This document shows, piece after piece, positions 10,372 through 19,670 of a stretch of 64,000 bases of DNA. The first letter of the stretch is position 1; the number at the start of each line of letters is the position of its first letter. Location: contig CBDIID010000003.1 of NCBI GenBank assembly GCA_965279515.1, forward strand, positions 1,472,001 through 1,536,000, read 5' to 3'. The DNA is from Turneriella sp. GTDB lineage: Bacteria > Spirochaetota > Leptospiria > Turneriellales > Turneriellaceae. The notes under the pieces were generated by a model. That model worked only from the letters and a program-made list of their open reading frames with translations. It was not told where the DNA came from and did no database searches. A program made the translations under genes and the position numbers.

Positions 10372-10514
10372 TGCCGCCGATGAATCAGGCTCCAAGTGCT
10401 GCCGCCGGAAGAGCGTTAGTGGCTTTGGGGTAAGTCTTGCCTTAGCCCTCGAGTTATTTGGTGGCAGTATAAAAATTACTTGCCCCCGCACATAACGCCA
10501 CATACATTAAGCAC

Positions 10515-10772
10515 ATGAGCAGTGCCACGTTAGAAAGAATCCGGCAGGAAGCTGAATCTTTGACGCCAGATGAAAAACTTTCTTTAGCAGAACATCTTTG
10601 GTCTAGCTTACCCGAAGACCCGGAAATTGAAAAAGCGTGGCTTGAAGAGGCACAGCGTCGCTCTAAAGAAATTGATGCGGGAACAGCGAAGCTGACGCCA
10701 TGGACAGAGCTGCAAGCCGAACTGAAGAGCCATCTTGCACAGAAAATTTCACACTGCGCGTTTCCCGTATAA
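10515..10772 (+). CDS. Addiction module antitoxin (unstable-antitoxin type)
   Basis: LTPDEKLSLAEHLWSSL..EKAWLEEAQRR..TPW. Confidence 0.85.
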   Translation: MSSATLERIRQEAESLTPDEKLSLAEHLWSSLPEDPEIEKAWLEEAQRRSKEIDAGTAKLTPWTELQAELKSHLAQKISHCAFPV

Positions 10773-10863
10773 CATTATTTACCGCGAAGCCGGCGATATT
10801 CTGTATGTTATCGCAGTTGCCCACCATAGTCGCAAACCTGGCTATTGGCTGAAAGAAAGTTAG
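10735..10863 (+). pseudogene. C-terminal remnant of a RelE/ParE-family toxin
   Basis: Reads HRKFHTARFPYNIIYREAGDILYVIAVAHHSRKPGYWLKES*; in-frame TGA at 10723, N-terminal half missing. Confidence 0.8.
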
Positions 10864-11282
10864 TGGCGGACGTTCACGACAAGAAGACGCGGCGTTATAA
10901 CATGAGCCGGATTCGGGGGAAGGATACGAAGCCGGAGCTCATTGTCCGGAAGTTTTTATGGTCGCAGGGGTATCGGTACCGGCTCAACGACAAGAAGCTG
11001 CCGGGGAAGCCGGATATTGTCCTGCATAAGTACAAGACGATCATCTTTGTGCATGGATGCTTCTGGCACGGGCATCAAAATTGTAAGTATTTTGTTCTCC
11101 CCAAGACACGAACGAAGTGGTGGAAAGATAAAATTGAAGCGACACAGAAGAGAGACAAGCGCATGGCGTGGCTGCTTAGGAAGTTGGGGTGGAAAGTGAT
11201 TAGCGTCTATGAGTGTAAGTTGAAGCCGGATAAGAAAGATTTGACACTGAAAAAGCTCGGGAAAAATGTTTCCGTCTTGTAA
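10863..11282 (+). CDS. vsr: Very short patch repair endonuclease
   Basis: ADVH..RRYNMSRIRGKDTKPE..LPGKPDI..FVHGCFWHGH; GTG start overlapping the toxin stop. Confidence 0.95.
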   Translation: MADVHDKKTRRYNMSRIRGKDTKPELIVRKFLWSQGYRYRLNDKKLPGKPDIVLHKYKTIIFVHGCFWHGHQNCKYFVLPKTRTKWWKDKIEATQKRDKRMAWLLRKLGWKVISVYECKLKPDKKDLTLKKLGKNVSVL

Positions 11283-11291
11283 TTTTCAAAG

Positions 11292-12509
11292 ATGACATCG
11301 CCTACCTCTTCTATGAACTATCCCCTGACGAAATTCCTGAATTCTGTTCGAGGTAGTGACTGGGTGTGGCTAGCAAAGAGGCTATCTGGAAATGATACAC
11401 AATTAACGGGTGGCCACCAAGCGGGCCCCTATATCCCAAAATCATTCGTCTTGGATCGCTTTCCCGGTTTAAAGCGCAATGAGCTAAACCCGCGAGCCGA
11501 ATTACCAGTTTCAGTTGTTTCGCACGACGGACCAGAAACGACTGTCAAAGTTATTTGGTACAATAACAAGGTTCAGGGGGATGGAACCCGTGATGAGTGT
11601 CGGCTAACTAACTGGGGTGGTCAGGATTCGCCGCTCCTTGACCCTGAAAATACAGGGGCGTTATGTATATTTGCCTTCCATCAGCCCAAGTCTACTAAAG
11701 ACGCTGATTTTTGCAAGACTTGGCTTTGCTTGGATAGTCACCAAGAAGACATAGTTGAGGCAGAAATCGGTGAGGTTTCGCCTGGGAATTATGTAGTCAG
11801 AAATTCAGAACTCGTTGCGCCATCACGAGATACCTGTTCCCTGAATGAAACAGATATTCCGAGTGAGTGGCTGATCGCCCTACCAACCGGAGAGGAATTG
11901 GTTAGAAAGTCAATAGAATTTAGACCAGAATTCCGTAAGCTGGAGCCCGATATTCGCCTGCTACGCCGGCGAGATTGCGAGTACGAAATGTTCCTCAGCC
12001 TCGAGCGCATCCTTGTATTGCCAAAAATCCGAACAGGTTTTAGAACTGTAGACGAATTTATATCTCTGGCAAATTCCGTTGGAAATACCAGAAAATCAAG
12101 GTCCGGGAGATCCCTGGAATTTCATGCAATGCAGATTTTCGAAGAAGAGGGGATGACTGCTTTTTCATACAACCAGATTACGGAAGGAAGAAAAAAGCCT
12201 GACTTCATATTTCCATCTGCTGAGGCTTATCACGATAAATCCTTCCCGACGAAAAATCTCGCGATGCTTGGTGTGAAGACCACCTGCAAAGACCGATGGC
12301 GCCAGATTTTATCTGAGGCAGATCGGATTCCGATGAAACACTTACTCACGCTACAGCAGGGGGTTTCGGAAAACCAGTTTGAGGAAATGAAATCGGCTGG
12401 CGTTACTTTAGTCGTGCCCAGAAAACTACACGACTCCTTCCCTCAGAAAATCCGGCCAGAATTAATGGATTTATCAAGTTTTATCCGATGGCGCGCTAAC
12501 ATAACCTAA
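11292..12509 (+). CDS. EcoRII-like type IIE restriction endonuclease
   Basis: N-domain KRLSGNDT..GGHQAG; C-domain RKSRSGRSLE..KPDF..KTTCKDRWRQIL. Confidence 0.9.
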   Translation: MTSPTSSMNYPLTKFLNSVRGSDWVWLAKRLSGNDTQLTGGHQAGPYIPKSFVLDRFPGLKRNELNPRAELPVSVVSHDGPETTVKVIWYNNKVQGDGTRDECRLTNWGGQDSPLLDPENTGALCIFAFHQPKSTKDADFCKTWLCLDSHQEDIVEAEIGEVSPGNYVVRNSELVAPSRDTCSLNETDIPSEWLIALPTGEELVRKSIEFRPEFRKLEPDIRLLRRRDCEYEMFLSLERILVLPKIRTGFRTVDEFISLANSVGNTRKSRSGRSLEFHAMQIFEEEGMTAFSYNQITEGRKKPDFIFPSAEAYHDKSFPTKNLAMLGVKTTCKDRWRQILSEADRIPMKHLLTLQQGVSENQFEEMKSAGVTLVVPRKLHDSFPQKIRPELMDLSSFIRWRANIT

Positions 12510-12579
12510 AACTAGGCAATTTCAGATAAAAGTTCAATCCCGGTTGACACGGTAATACTCGAATCAGCCGTACCAAATT

Positions 12580-13593
12580 ATGTCACATAATGGGACATTC
12601 ATTGATCTCTTCGCCGGCATAGGCGGCATCCGGCTAGCTTTGCAACAGCTTGACTTGGAATGTGTCTTCTCTTCCGAATGGGATCGTTTTTCCCAAATTA
12701 CATACGAGACCAATTTCGGGGAAAAGCCCGCTGGTGATATCACGAAGATCGACCCAGCTGAAATTCCCGATCACGACATTCTTACGGGCGGCTTCCCTTG
12801 CCAGCCGTTTTCAATCGCGGGCGTCTCTAAGAAGAATAGCTTGGGTCGCCAACATGGCTTTCTCGATCAAACCCAAGGTACTTTGTTTTTCAACGTGGCC
12901 AAAATTATCGAAGCAAAGCGACCTAAGGCTTTCTTACTTGAAAATGTTAAGAACCTACGCAGCCATGATAAAGGTCGCACTTTTACCGTTATTCAGAATA
13001 CTCTGACGGATTTAGATTATTGGATTTTTGATCAGGTCTTGGATGGCAAACATTTCGTCCCTCAGCATCGGGAGCGGATCATCATCGTGGGCTTTAACAA
13101 AAAACATTTTCCGGAAAAGCCAGATTTCCAGTTCCCGAGAATTATTACCGCGGCAAAGAAACTGGAAGATATACTCGAAGCGAGTGTAGATAAGAAGTAC
13201 ACGCTGTCAGATCATTTGTGGAAATATTTACAAAATTACGCAGAGAAACACCGGGCAAAAGGTAATGGGTTTGGCTTTGGCCTTGCAGATCCGAAAGGGA
13301 TTACACGGACTTTGAGTGCTAGGTACTACAAAGATGGGTCGGAAATTTTAATTCCACGGAAATCAGGCGCACCACGCCGCCTCACGCCACGTGAATGTGC
13401 CAGACTTCAGGGATTTCCTGATAGCTTTAAGATTCCAGTATCTGATACGCAAGCATACAAACAATTTGGCAACTCAGTTGTTGTACCCCTCATAAATATC
13501 GTAGGGAAAGAAATCATTAATATCCTGAATCAAGTACCGGAACAAAAACATTCACCTAAACGTACAGGTCGACATCTCGCAGAAGCTGTTTAA
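12580..13593 (+). CDS. dcm: DNA cytosine-5 methyltransferase, Dcm/M.EcoRII-like (probably CCWGG)
   Basis: [58 protein letters not shown]. Confidence 0.93.
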   Translation: MSHNGTFIDLFAGIGGIRLALQQLDLECVFSSEWDRFSQITYETNFGEKPAGDITKIDPAEIPDHDILTGGFPCQPFSIAGVSKKNSLGRQHGFLDQTQGTLFFNVAKIIEAKRPKAFLLENVKNLRSHDKGRTFTVIQNTLTDLDYWIFDQVLDGKHFVPQHRERIIIVGFNKKHFPEKPDFQFPRIITAAKKLEDILEASVDKKYTLSDHLWKYLQNYAEKHRAKGNGFGFGLADPKGITRTLSARYYKDGSEILIPRKSGAPRRLTPRECARLQGFPDSFKIPVSDTQAYKQFGNSVVVPLINIVGKEIINILNQVPEQKHSPKRTGRHLAEAV

Positions 13594-13655
13594 TTTTTTT
13601 TAAAACGTCGGCAAATTTTCTTGACGCCAGGAATTAGCCAAGCCCACCTCGTACC

Positions 13656-13919
13656 ATGAAAGCAAGAACTGAACTACGGAATGTCAAAAATTGGGTTCGC
13701 GATATGCTTTATGTGAAGGATGTTAATTTTCATCCAGATACGCCCATCGCCGAATACGTTACCCCAGCTGGCACTGCCACCTTTCCGAAGCCGAGAAGTT
13801 TGCAGAACCAATTAAATAAATTCTTCACCATCTGTGAAAACCACGACACAGACATTTATAAGTTTTCCTTACCCATTTTCCGGGCATATCTTAAAACAAG
13901 GCTCTCTTTGACCCGTTAA
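13656..13919 (+). CDS. Hypothetical protein (87 aa)
   Basis: ATG-started ORF with upstream TTGACG; NFHPD..DIY motif. Confidence 0.6.
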   Translation: MKARTELRNVKNWVRDMLYVKDVNFHPDTPIAEYVTPAGTATFPKPRSLQNQLNKFFTICENHDTDIYKFSLPIFRAYLKTRLSLTR

Positions 13920-13928
13920 TACCCCGCC

Positions 13929-13987
13929 GCGGTTCGGCTCCGCTCTCTAAGGAGAGACTCGCATCGGTGCGGTGTCGAAGTGACCGC
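13929..13987. repeat. REP-like element (CTTCGAC..CGC family)
   Basis: 13969-13987 is an inverted near copy of 55504-55521. Confidence 0.65.
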
Positions 13988-14063
13988 ATCAGTTTGATAT
14001 TTCCTGTAAATCCCAGAATCCAAAATAATTTGACAATGTGTATAAATCGACCATTTTATGTGT

Positions 14064-14258
14064 ATGCGCACCAACATCGTTCTCGACGACAAACTCGTCA
14101 AAGAGGCCATGAAACTCAGCGGCAAAAAGACCAAGCGCGAGCTGGTCGACTATGCACTGCATGAACTCATCAACATGCACAAGCGCCGGCAATTGCTGAA
14201 TCTCAGGGGTAAAATCCATTGGGAGGGCGACCTCGATGCCATGCGTGAAACCCGATGA
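14064..14258 (+). CDS. vapB: VapB-family antitoxin
   Basis: MRTNIVLDDKLVKEA..TKRELV..WEGDLDAMR. Confidence 0.9.
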   Translation: MRTNIVLDDKLVKEAMKLSGKKTKRELVDYALHELINMHKRRQLLNLRGKIHWEGDLDAMRETR

Positions 14259-14659
14259 CCCGGCGGCCCGTACTTGTCGATACGTCGGTCTGGATCGAGT
14301 ATCTGCGTGCGACCAGCGGGCCTGAGGGTGATCTTTTAGGCAAACTTCTAAGCAATGACCTGGTCACGGTGTGCCCGCTGATTTTTCAGGAGGTTCTTCA
14401 GGGAATCAGGGAACCGACAGAGTATGCTCAAACTAAAGAATTACTCGATTCCCTGCCACGCCTTAACGCCGAGCCCTATGCAGCAGCCATCGGTGCCGCA
14501 GAGATTTTCAGAAAACTTAGGCGGCAGGGGATAACGATCCGCAAATCGAATGATTGTCTGATTGCCTGGTATGCGCTCAATGCAGGATGTTCCGTTTTCC
14601 ATAAGGATCGCGATTTCGATCTGATGGAAAAACCCCTGTCCCTCAAAGTTTTGCACTAA
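14255..14659 (+). CDS. vapC: VapC PIN-domain toxin
   Basis: LVDTSVWI, EVLQG, DCLIA, HKDRDF; ATGA overlap. Confidence 0.92.
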   Translation: MTRRPVLVDTSVWIEYLRATSGPEGDLLGKLLSNDLVTVCPLIFQEVLQGIREPTEYAQTKELLDSLPRLNAEPYAAAIGAAEIFRKLRRQGITIRKSNDCLIAWYALNAGCSVFHKDRDFDLMEKPLSLKVLH

Positions 14660-14692
14660 TCGCCTACTGGGTTTCGGCAATATTCAATCCCC
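14660..14692 (+). repeat. 33-bp direct repeat; other copy at 15299-15331
   Basis: TCGCCTACTGGGTTTCGGCAATATTYAATCCCC, one mismatch. Confidence 0.9.
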
Positions 14693-14693
14693 A

Positions 14694-15185
14694 CTACCCC
14701 GCCAGCTTCAGCTCCACCGCGCCGCTCTTCAGATACTCCACACGCGTGCCCATCAGGTAATCCGCCAACGGATACGTAATACACCAGTTCGCATCCTGAT
14801 CCTTACCCATGTGATGGTCATAGTGCCACGGCAAATGCTGCTTCGCCCACTCCGGATCCAAATGCGCCTTCGTGTGCAGCGCGAAGTAAAGACCAATGTG
14901 CGTCCACACGCCCAGCGTAAAGAACGGCGCGATCGGAAAAAGCGGCAGGTGCGCCGCGGCCGCGCCGGCGAGAAGCAGCGCTTCTTTCGTGAGTGTCGAA
15001 TCGAGCTTAAAACCCGCGTCATAGTCCGGGTCGCGGAAACCGTTGCGGCGCACCTGCTTGTGGTGGTCTTTCCAGTGAAAACTCCAGAAGCTCTCGCGCT
15101 TACGCCCGAGTTCGTGCAGCACATACTTGTGTAAAATCCATTCGCCTGCGTTGCCGTAGACGAGGCCAGCCAGATACGATAACAT
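14694..15185 (-). CDS. Sterol desaturase/fatty acid hydroxylase family protein
   Basis: EWILHKYVLH, HWKDHH, HTKAH, HYDHH. Confidence 0.8.
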   Translation of the reverse strand: MLSYLAGLVYGNAGEWILHKYVLHELGRKRESFWSFHWKDHHKQVRRNGFRDPDYDAGFKLDSTLTKEALLLAGAAAAHLPLFPIAPFFTLGVWTHIGLYFALHTKAHLDPEWAKQHLPWHYDHHMGKDQDANWCITYPLADYLMGTRVEYLKSGAVELKLAG

Positions 15186-15288
15186 GGCCTCGGAAGATAA
15201 AATCACGATAAGAGGTCAACGACTCCGCCGGCAGCCCGGTCAGCTAGCAATCCCCTTGACCAGCGCGGTTGAGCTGAAAGCCATAGAC

Positions 15289-15885
15289 ATGCACCGCTTC
15301 GCCTACTGGGTTTCGGCAATATTTAATCCCCTCTTCATCGGTATTCCCGTCATGCTCGCCATCGGCGTCGCCGAAATGGGCATCCGCTGGGACGCCACGC
15401 CCACCGTGCTCGCCGCGATCTTCGTCATGTGCATCGTCCCCACCGCTTACGTCATCGTGCTCATGAAGCGCGGCGTGTTCGAAAATTTTCATGTGTCAGA
15501 CCGCCGCCAGCGCAAATATCTTTTCCCGGTGTTAATCCTCTGCTTTGCGATCACGGTCTTTCTGCTGTGGCGCGACCCGGCGATCGGCCGCCTCGTCGTG
15601 GCGACGCTGGCTTTCGGTCTGCCCAATGTGATCCTGATTGCGCTGATTTCACTGCGCTTCAAGGTCAGCCTGCACTGCGCAGGCATCGGCGGCATGCTGC
15701 CCGCTGTTGCATATCCCTTTGGTAAAGCGGGATTGATCCTTGGCATCGCAAGTCTTGCGCTCACAGGCTGGAGCCGCGTAAAACTGCGCGAACATTCACT
15801 CGCCGAGGTTATCGCTGGTTCCATTCTCGGCACGGCATCGATGGCATGCGAACTTGCCTGGATCTTCGGCTGGCCGCGGCTGTAG
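15289..15885 (+). CDS. PAP2-superfamily membrane protein
   Basis: KVSLH, WSRVKLREHSLAEVIAG. Confidence 0.75.
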   Translation: MHRFAYWVSAIFNPLFIGIPVMLAIGVAEMGIRWDATPTVLAAIFVMCIVPTAYVIVLMKRGVFENFHVSDRRQRKYLFPVLILCFAITVFLLWRDPAIGRLVVATLAFGLPNVILIALISLRFKVSLHCAGIGGMLPAVAYPFGKAGLILGIASLALTGWSRVKLREHSLAEVIAGSILGTASMACELAWIFGWPRL

Positions 15886-15910
15886 AGGAAGGGCATCCCC
15901 GAGCTGCCAC

Positions 15911-16132
15911 CTAGTTTTCGAACAAAGCCTTTTCCAGGCCGCTCTGCCGAATAATAGATTGTAAGGTGCCGATCTTAATTTCCTTATGATTCGGTACGAT
16001 GGCGGTATAGGTCCGGTTTTCCTGAACCCTTTGCATTACGATATGGCTGCCTTTTTGCCGGATCTCTGAAAAACCCTGTTGTTTCAATAACCTGCAAAGC
16101 TCACCGGCTGAAAAAACTCTGAGTCGACCCAT
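15911..16132 (-). CDS. hicA: HicA toxin
   Basis: GFSEIRQKGSH..VPNHKEIKIGTLQSIIRQSG. Confidence 0.92.
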   Translation of the reverse strand: MGRLRVFSAGELCRLLKQQGFSEIRQKGSHIVMQRVQENRTYTAIVPNHKEIKIGTLQSIIRQSGLEKALFEN

Positions 16133-16338
16133 TAAGTGCTAACTGTGGTTACGAACATTTCCGAATGAATGCGCCGTTGCTTTTCTTCTTCGGATGCATG
16201 CTCGAGGAATAAGTCGATAGCCTCTTTCAGGTTGCTTTTCGCGTCTTCGATCGTGGTCCCCTGGCTTGACACATCCAGTTCAGGGCAAAATGATACATAC
16301 GCACCATCTTCTTTATGAATCAATGCGGTGTAGTTCAT
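16132..16338 (-). CDS. hicB: HicB antitoxin (short, no DNA-binding domain)
   Basis: YVSFCPELDVSSQGTTIEDAKSNLKEAI. Confidence 0.9.
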   Translation of the reverse strand: MNYTALIHKEDGAYVSFCPELDVSSQGTTIEDAKSNLKEAIDLFLEHASEEEKQRRIHSEMFVTTVST

Positions 16339-16344
16339 AGGTTC

Positions 16345-16373
16345 ATTATACGAAAGCTTTTCCATAGAATCAA
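16345..16373 (-). promoter_or_regulatory. Sigma70 promoter of hicBA, probably leaderless
   Basis: TTGATT-17-TATAAT-6 nt-ATG. Confidence 0.75.
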
Positions 16374-16617
16374 CCAATTTCCTACCTCTAGCGCCTTTCA
16401 CCAAATACACGCGATGCTCTCGACGATCGCCTGCTTTACACTTGTTCTCCAAAAAATGATCGCACTGTCATTTTCTTTCAAGCCAAAATACGAAATCCGC
16501 TTTCCAGTTTAACAGCTCCCCTTACCGTTACGTAAGGCATCCGAATATTGGCGCGGCAGACGCACCAAGGGATATCTTAATTTAAAATGATCGCACTCTA
16601 TACAAATGGAGGTACTT

Positions 16618-16941
16618 ATGGAATTAGAAGCTTCTGCAAACAATAACACCGTCAGCGATCTGGTGATCCTCGAAATTATGGACACCGTCGAAGAAATTAT
16701 CGACACTCAGCCCGAGCGATCTTTCGCTTTCGGCCTGACAGGCGCAACCGAACACGTTGCGCCCGGCGTGACGCGCAAAATTTTGTACATTGGAAAATCC
16801 GCGATCGAAACACTGAAAGTGTTATCGAGCCTGCACCGCAGCTATAATATAAGAAAGAACTTTAAAAATCTCGGATTAAAAGATTTGGCAAAGATCGGCA
16901 CGCAGGGTGCGGCCGTCGCCCTGTACCTGATGTCCAATTAA
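16618..16941 (+). CDS. Hypothetical protein
   Basis: GGAGG at 16608 before ATG 16618. Confidence 0.55.
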   Translation: MELEASANNNTVSDLVILEIMDTVEEIIDTQPERSFAFGLTGATEHVAPGVTRKILYIGKSAIETLKVLSSLHRSYNIRKNFKNLGLKDLAKIGTQGAAVALYLMSN

Positions 16942-16957
16942 TCGACGTCGTGGCGCG

Positions 16958-17905
16958 TCACGAAACGACGACCACGATATTCCCTTTTTTGTGCCTGCCC
17001 TCCGCATGGCGGTGCGCTTCGGCCATCTGTTCGAACGGATAGGTGCGATCGATAACAGCCTTGAGTTTACCAGCCGCGACCAGGCGGGCGATTTCTTCCA
17101 TGAGTTCAACAGTCTCCGAGGCGACCCCTGTGATCGTGCGATACCCCCGCGGCAACAGGCAGCGCAGCGTTTCGCCGACACCGGCGTCGCTCAAGAGCAA
17201 CGTGCCATGGGGTTTCAGCGCGGCGATTTTCGCGGCGAAGGGCGAATTCGAAACCGTTTCATAGATCACGTCAAAGGCGGATTTCCCCAGCGAAAAACCC
17301 GGCTTCGTATAATCAAGTACCTCGCGTGCACCGAGCGATTTTACCAGCGCCGCATTCGCTCCGCTACACACCGCCGTGACCTCGGCGCCGAGACTGCGCG
17401 CGTACTGCACCGCCGCCGTGCCGACAGCGCCGGACGCGCCGATGATGAGCACCCGCTGACCGGGCTGAATCTTCGCCTTGCGCAGAAAGTGCAGCGCGGT
17501 CAGCGCGCCGAAAGTAATCGCCGCCGCGTCCTGGTACGAAAGCTTTTCAGGCATGAGGGTAATTTTCGCTTTTTCGGGCAACGCGACATACTCCGCGTAG
17601 GCGCCGAAACGCATGAGCGTTGAGCCAAAGACACGGTCGCCGGCCTTAAAACGCGTCACCTGTGGCCCGACGGCAACGACCTCGCCTGCCACGGTGCCGC
17701 CCATGATCATCTTGCGCGGGCCAAAGAGACCGAAGAACAGGCGCACCGCAGCGGGGTCGGGTTTTCTGAGCCGCCAGTCCGCTGCGTTCACCGCGGTCGC
17801 ATGCACACGAATGAGAACTTCTTTTTCGCGCGGCTGAGGTGCAGGCACGTCTTCGAGTTTTAAGACTTCGGGCGGACCGTACTTTCTGGCGACAATGGCT
17901 TTCAT
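16958..17905 (-). CDS. NAD(P)-dependent MDR oxidoreductase (quinone reductase/ADH-like)
   Basis: MKAIV..YGPPEVL, GAYAEY, GASGAVG, VIDRTYP. Confidence 0.9.
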   Translation of the reverse strand: MKAIVARKYGPPEVLKLEDVPAPQPREKEVLIRVHATAVNAADWRLRKPDPAAVRLFFGLFGPRKMIMGGTVAGEVVAVGPQVTRFKAGDRVFGSTLMRFGAYAEYVALPEKAKITLMPEKLSYQDAAAITFGALTALHFLRKAKIQPGQRVLIIGASGAVGTAAVQYARSLGAEVTAVCSGANAALVKSLGAREVLDYTKPGFSLGKSAFDVIYETVSNSPFAAKIAALKPHGTLLLSDAGVGETLRCLLPRGYRTITGVASETVELMEEIARLVAAGKLKAVIDRTYPFEQMAEAHRHAEGRHKKGNIVVVVS

Positions 17906-18077
17906 ACGAAGCGGAGATTTCACAGAACGAGCGGGCGCGTCAACGCGGGTGGGCAAGAAAAGTTGAGTACTGATTTTGCCCCCGACACCAAGACCTCTTG
18001 AGGCAAGTTTTCCGGAATAGTATTGACCCGCTGAAATTGGAAGGATATTCAGAAATAGCGTAAAGGAGATTGTTTCA

Positions 18078-18551
18078 TTGTTCATCGCTGAAATCTGTAA
18101 ACTCTTCAAGACGCGGGATATCCCTTTCGCCATCGTGGGTGGTTACGCCGTCGCATTGCACGGTGTGGTCCGCGGCACCTTCGATGTAGATATAGTCACT
18201 GAAATCAGCGAAAAAAACTTCGTGAAAATCGAAGAAGCTGTAACCTTTCTGGGCTTGAAGCCACGCTTGCCGGTGAGCGCCCGCGACCTGTTCGCAAATT
18301 TAGAAGAATATAAAAAATCACGCAATCTGGTAGCATGGAATTTTAATAATCCGCTGCGCATGCGTGAGAGTCTTGACATCATCGTTACTGATGACATTAA
18401 ACAAATGGAAATTGTGGAAGTGAGCTCAGATTTTGGTAATATTCCGGTATTGAGTATAGACAGCCTCATCCACATGAAATCCCGCGCCAACCGTGAGCAA
18501 GATCAGAAAGATATTGCCGCTTTGAAAGCGCTGCAAGCGAAGCAACCATGA
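18078..18551 (+). CDS. Nucleotidyltransferase-family protein
   Basis: IVGGYAVALHG..R.TFDVDI; K..ANREQD..DI. Confidence 0.85.
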   Translation: MFIAEICKLFKTRDIPFAIVGGYAVALHGVVRGTFDVDIVTEISEKNFVKIEEAVTFLGLKPRLPVSARDLFANLEEYKKSRNLVAWNFNNPLRMRESLDIIVTDDIKQMEIVEVSSDFGNIPVLSIDSLIHMKSRANREQDQKDIAALKALQAKQP

Positions 18552-18727
18552 AAACAGTGCAGATCTTATCCGAAGAATATGTACAAAGATCCGCGCAGCT
18601 TTCCACGATGGAAAGACTTGAATTTCTGGAAGAATTCCGCCTGCTTTTACCGCTCTCCGTATTTGAAGAAGACCATACAAACCGCCTCGAAGCATGGTAT
18701 GGCGCGAATTCAGATAAAACACACTGA
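18548..18727 (+). CDS. 59-aa partner ORF of the NTase (absent from ORF track)
   Basis: ATGA overlap; MKTVQILSEEYVQRSAQLSTMERLEFLEEFRLLL...DKTH*. Confidence 0.7.
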   Translation: MKTVQILSEEYVQRSAQLSTMERLEFLEEFRLLLPLSVFEEDHTNRLEAWYGANSDKTH

Positions 18728-18735
18728 TTCACTAC

Positions 18736-19242
18736 ATGCACTTACCCCCACCCTCTGTTATCCTCCACACCGCCGGCCGCTACACCCTCTATCTCATCGG
18801 CCTTTTCATTCTCGCCGCCATCGTGAACTGGTTTCAGGCACCCAAGCTCGCCGCTGCTGAAAAGATCGAATCCATCGAACTCACCGCACTCGATGGCAAA
18901 CCGCATCAGCTGAAAACCGCCTCAGGTAAAAAAACCATCCTCTACTTCTTCGCGCCCTGGTGCACCGTCTGTAAGGTCAGCATGGATGCGCTCAATATGT
19001 TTGCGGGCAATGAAAATCTGCAGGCGGTCGCGGTTGGCCTTGATTACCAGAGCCTCGGCGAGCTGAAACCATTCACGAAGAAAATGCAGGCGCCCGTGTT
19101 CGCGGGCAACAGCGAAGTGCAAAGCCGGTTTAAGATCGATCGTTATCCCACTGTCTATATTCTCGACGGCGAGGGCCGCGTCGCGCACACAATGGTCGGC
19201 TACACCAGCCGACTGGGGATGTGGATCAGGACGAAAATTTAG
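18736..19242 (+). CDS. TlpA/redoxin family thioredoxin-like protein
   Basis: FFAPWCTVC, YPTVYIL. Confidence 0.85.
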   Translation: MHLPPPSVILHTAGRYTLYLIGLFILAAIVNWFQAPKLAAAEKIESIELTALDGKPHQLKTASGKKTILYFFAPWCTVCKVSMDALNMFAGNENLQAVAVGLDYQSLGELKPFTKKMQAPVFAGNSEVQSRFKIDRYPTVYILDGEGRVAHTMVGYTSRLGMWIRTKI

Positions 19243-19670
19243 CCTAAGGGGTTCTCAGATTTTAGTGGCGCGAACCGGCTGAAATCGCGGTCGAGCGTAT
19301 AGATGATCTTCACGCCGTTTTCAATGCAGACCGAGGCAACGCGGGCATCATGTACCTGCGCACCGATAACGCGGCTCTTCACAAGAATACCAGCGAGACC
19401 AGAAAAACTGTCGCTGGATTCTGTGAGCACCGTAAGTGCGGGTGCCTGCAAAAGATTTTCACATTGTTTTACTGCTTCTTCACCCGATGTGGGGGACTTG
19501 AAAATACGTGGGTTTGTCACAATACCGAAAAATTCAACGAGACAGTGGTAGGGGATTCCAATACTCTGCGAACCCTGCAGCGTCGTTTCGAGAAATTTCC
19601 GCGCCTTTTCGTGCCATGCGACATCCCTGCGGTGCGCGTAGACAAGAATATTGGTATCGATTGCGTTCAC
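19239..19670 (-). CDS. vapC: VapC PIN-domain toxin
   Basis: IDTNILVYA, EF..IVTNPRIF, HDARVA, DRDFSRF. Confidence 0.92.
   Translation of the reverse strand: MNAIDTNILVYAHRRDVAWHEKARKFLETTLQGSQSIGIPYHCLVEFFGIVTNPRIFKSPTSGEEAVKQCENLLQAPALTVLTESSDSFSGLAGILVKSRVIGAQVHDARVASVCIENGVKIIYTLDRDFSRFAPLKSENPLG

Noticed and set aside
10415..10867. GTTAGTGGC direct repeat (10415, 10859) as integron attC core or target duplication
   Set aside because: Only 9 bp, does not match GTTRRRY, no inverse core and no integrase.
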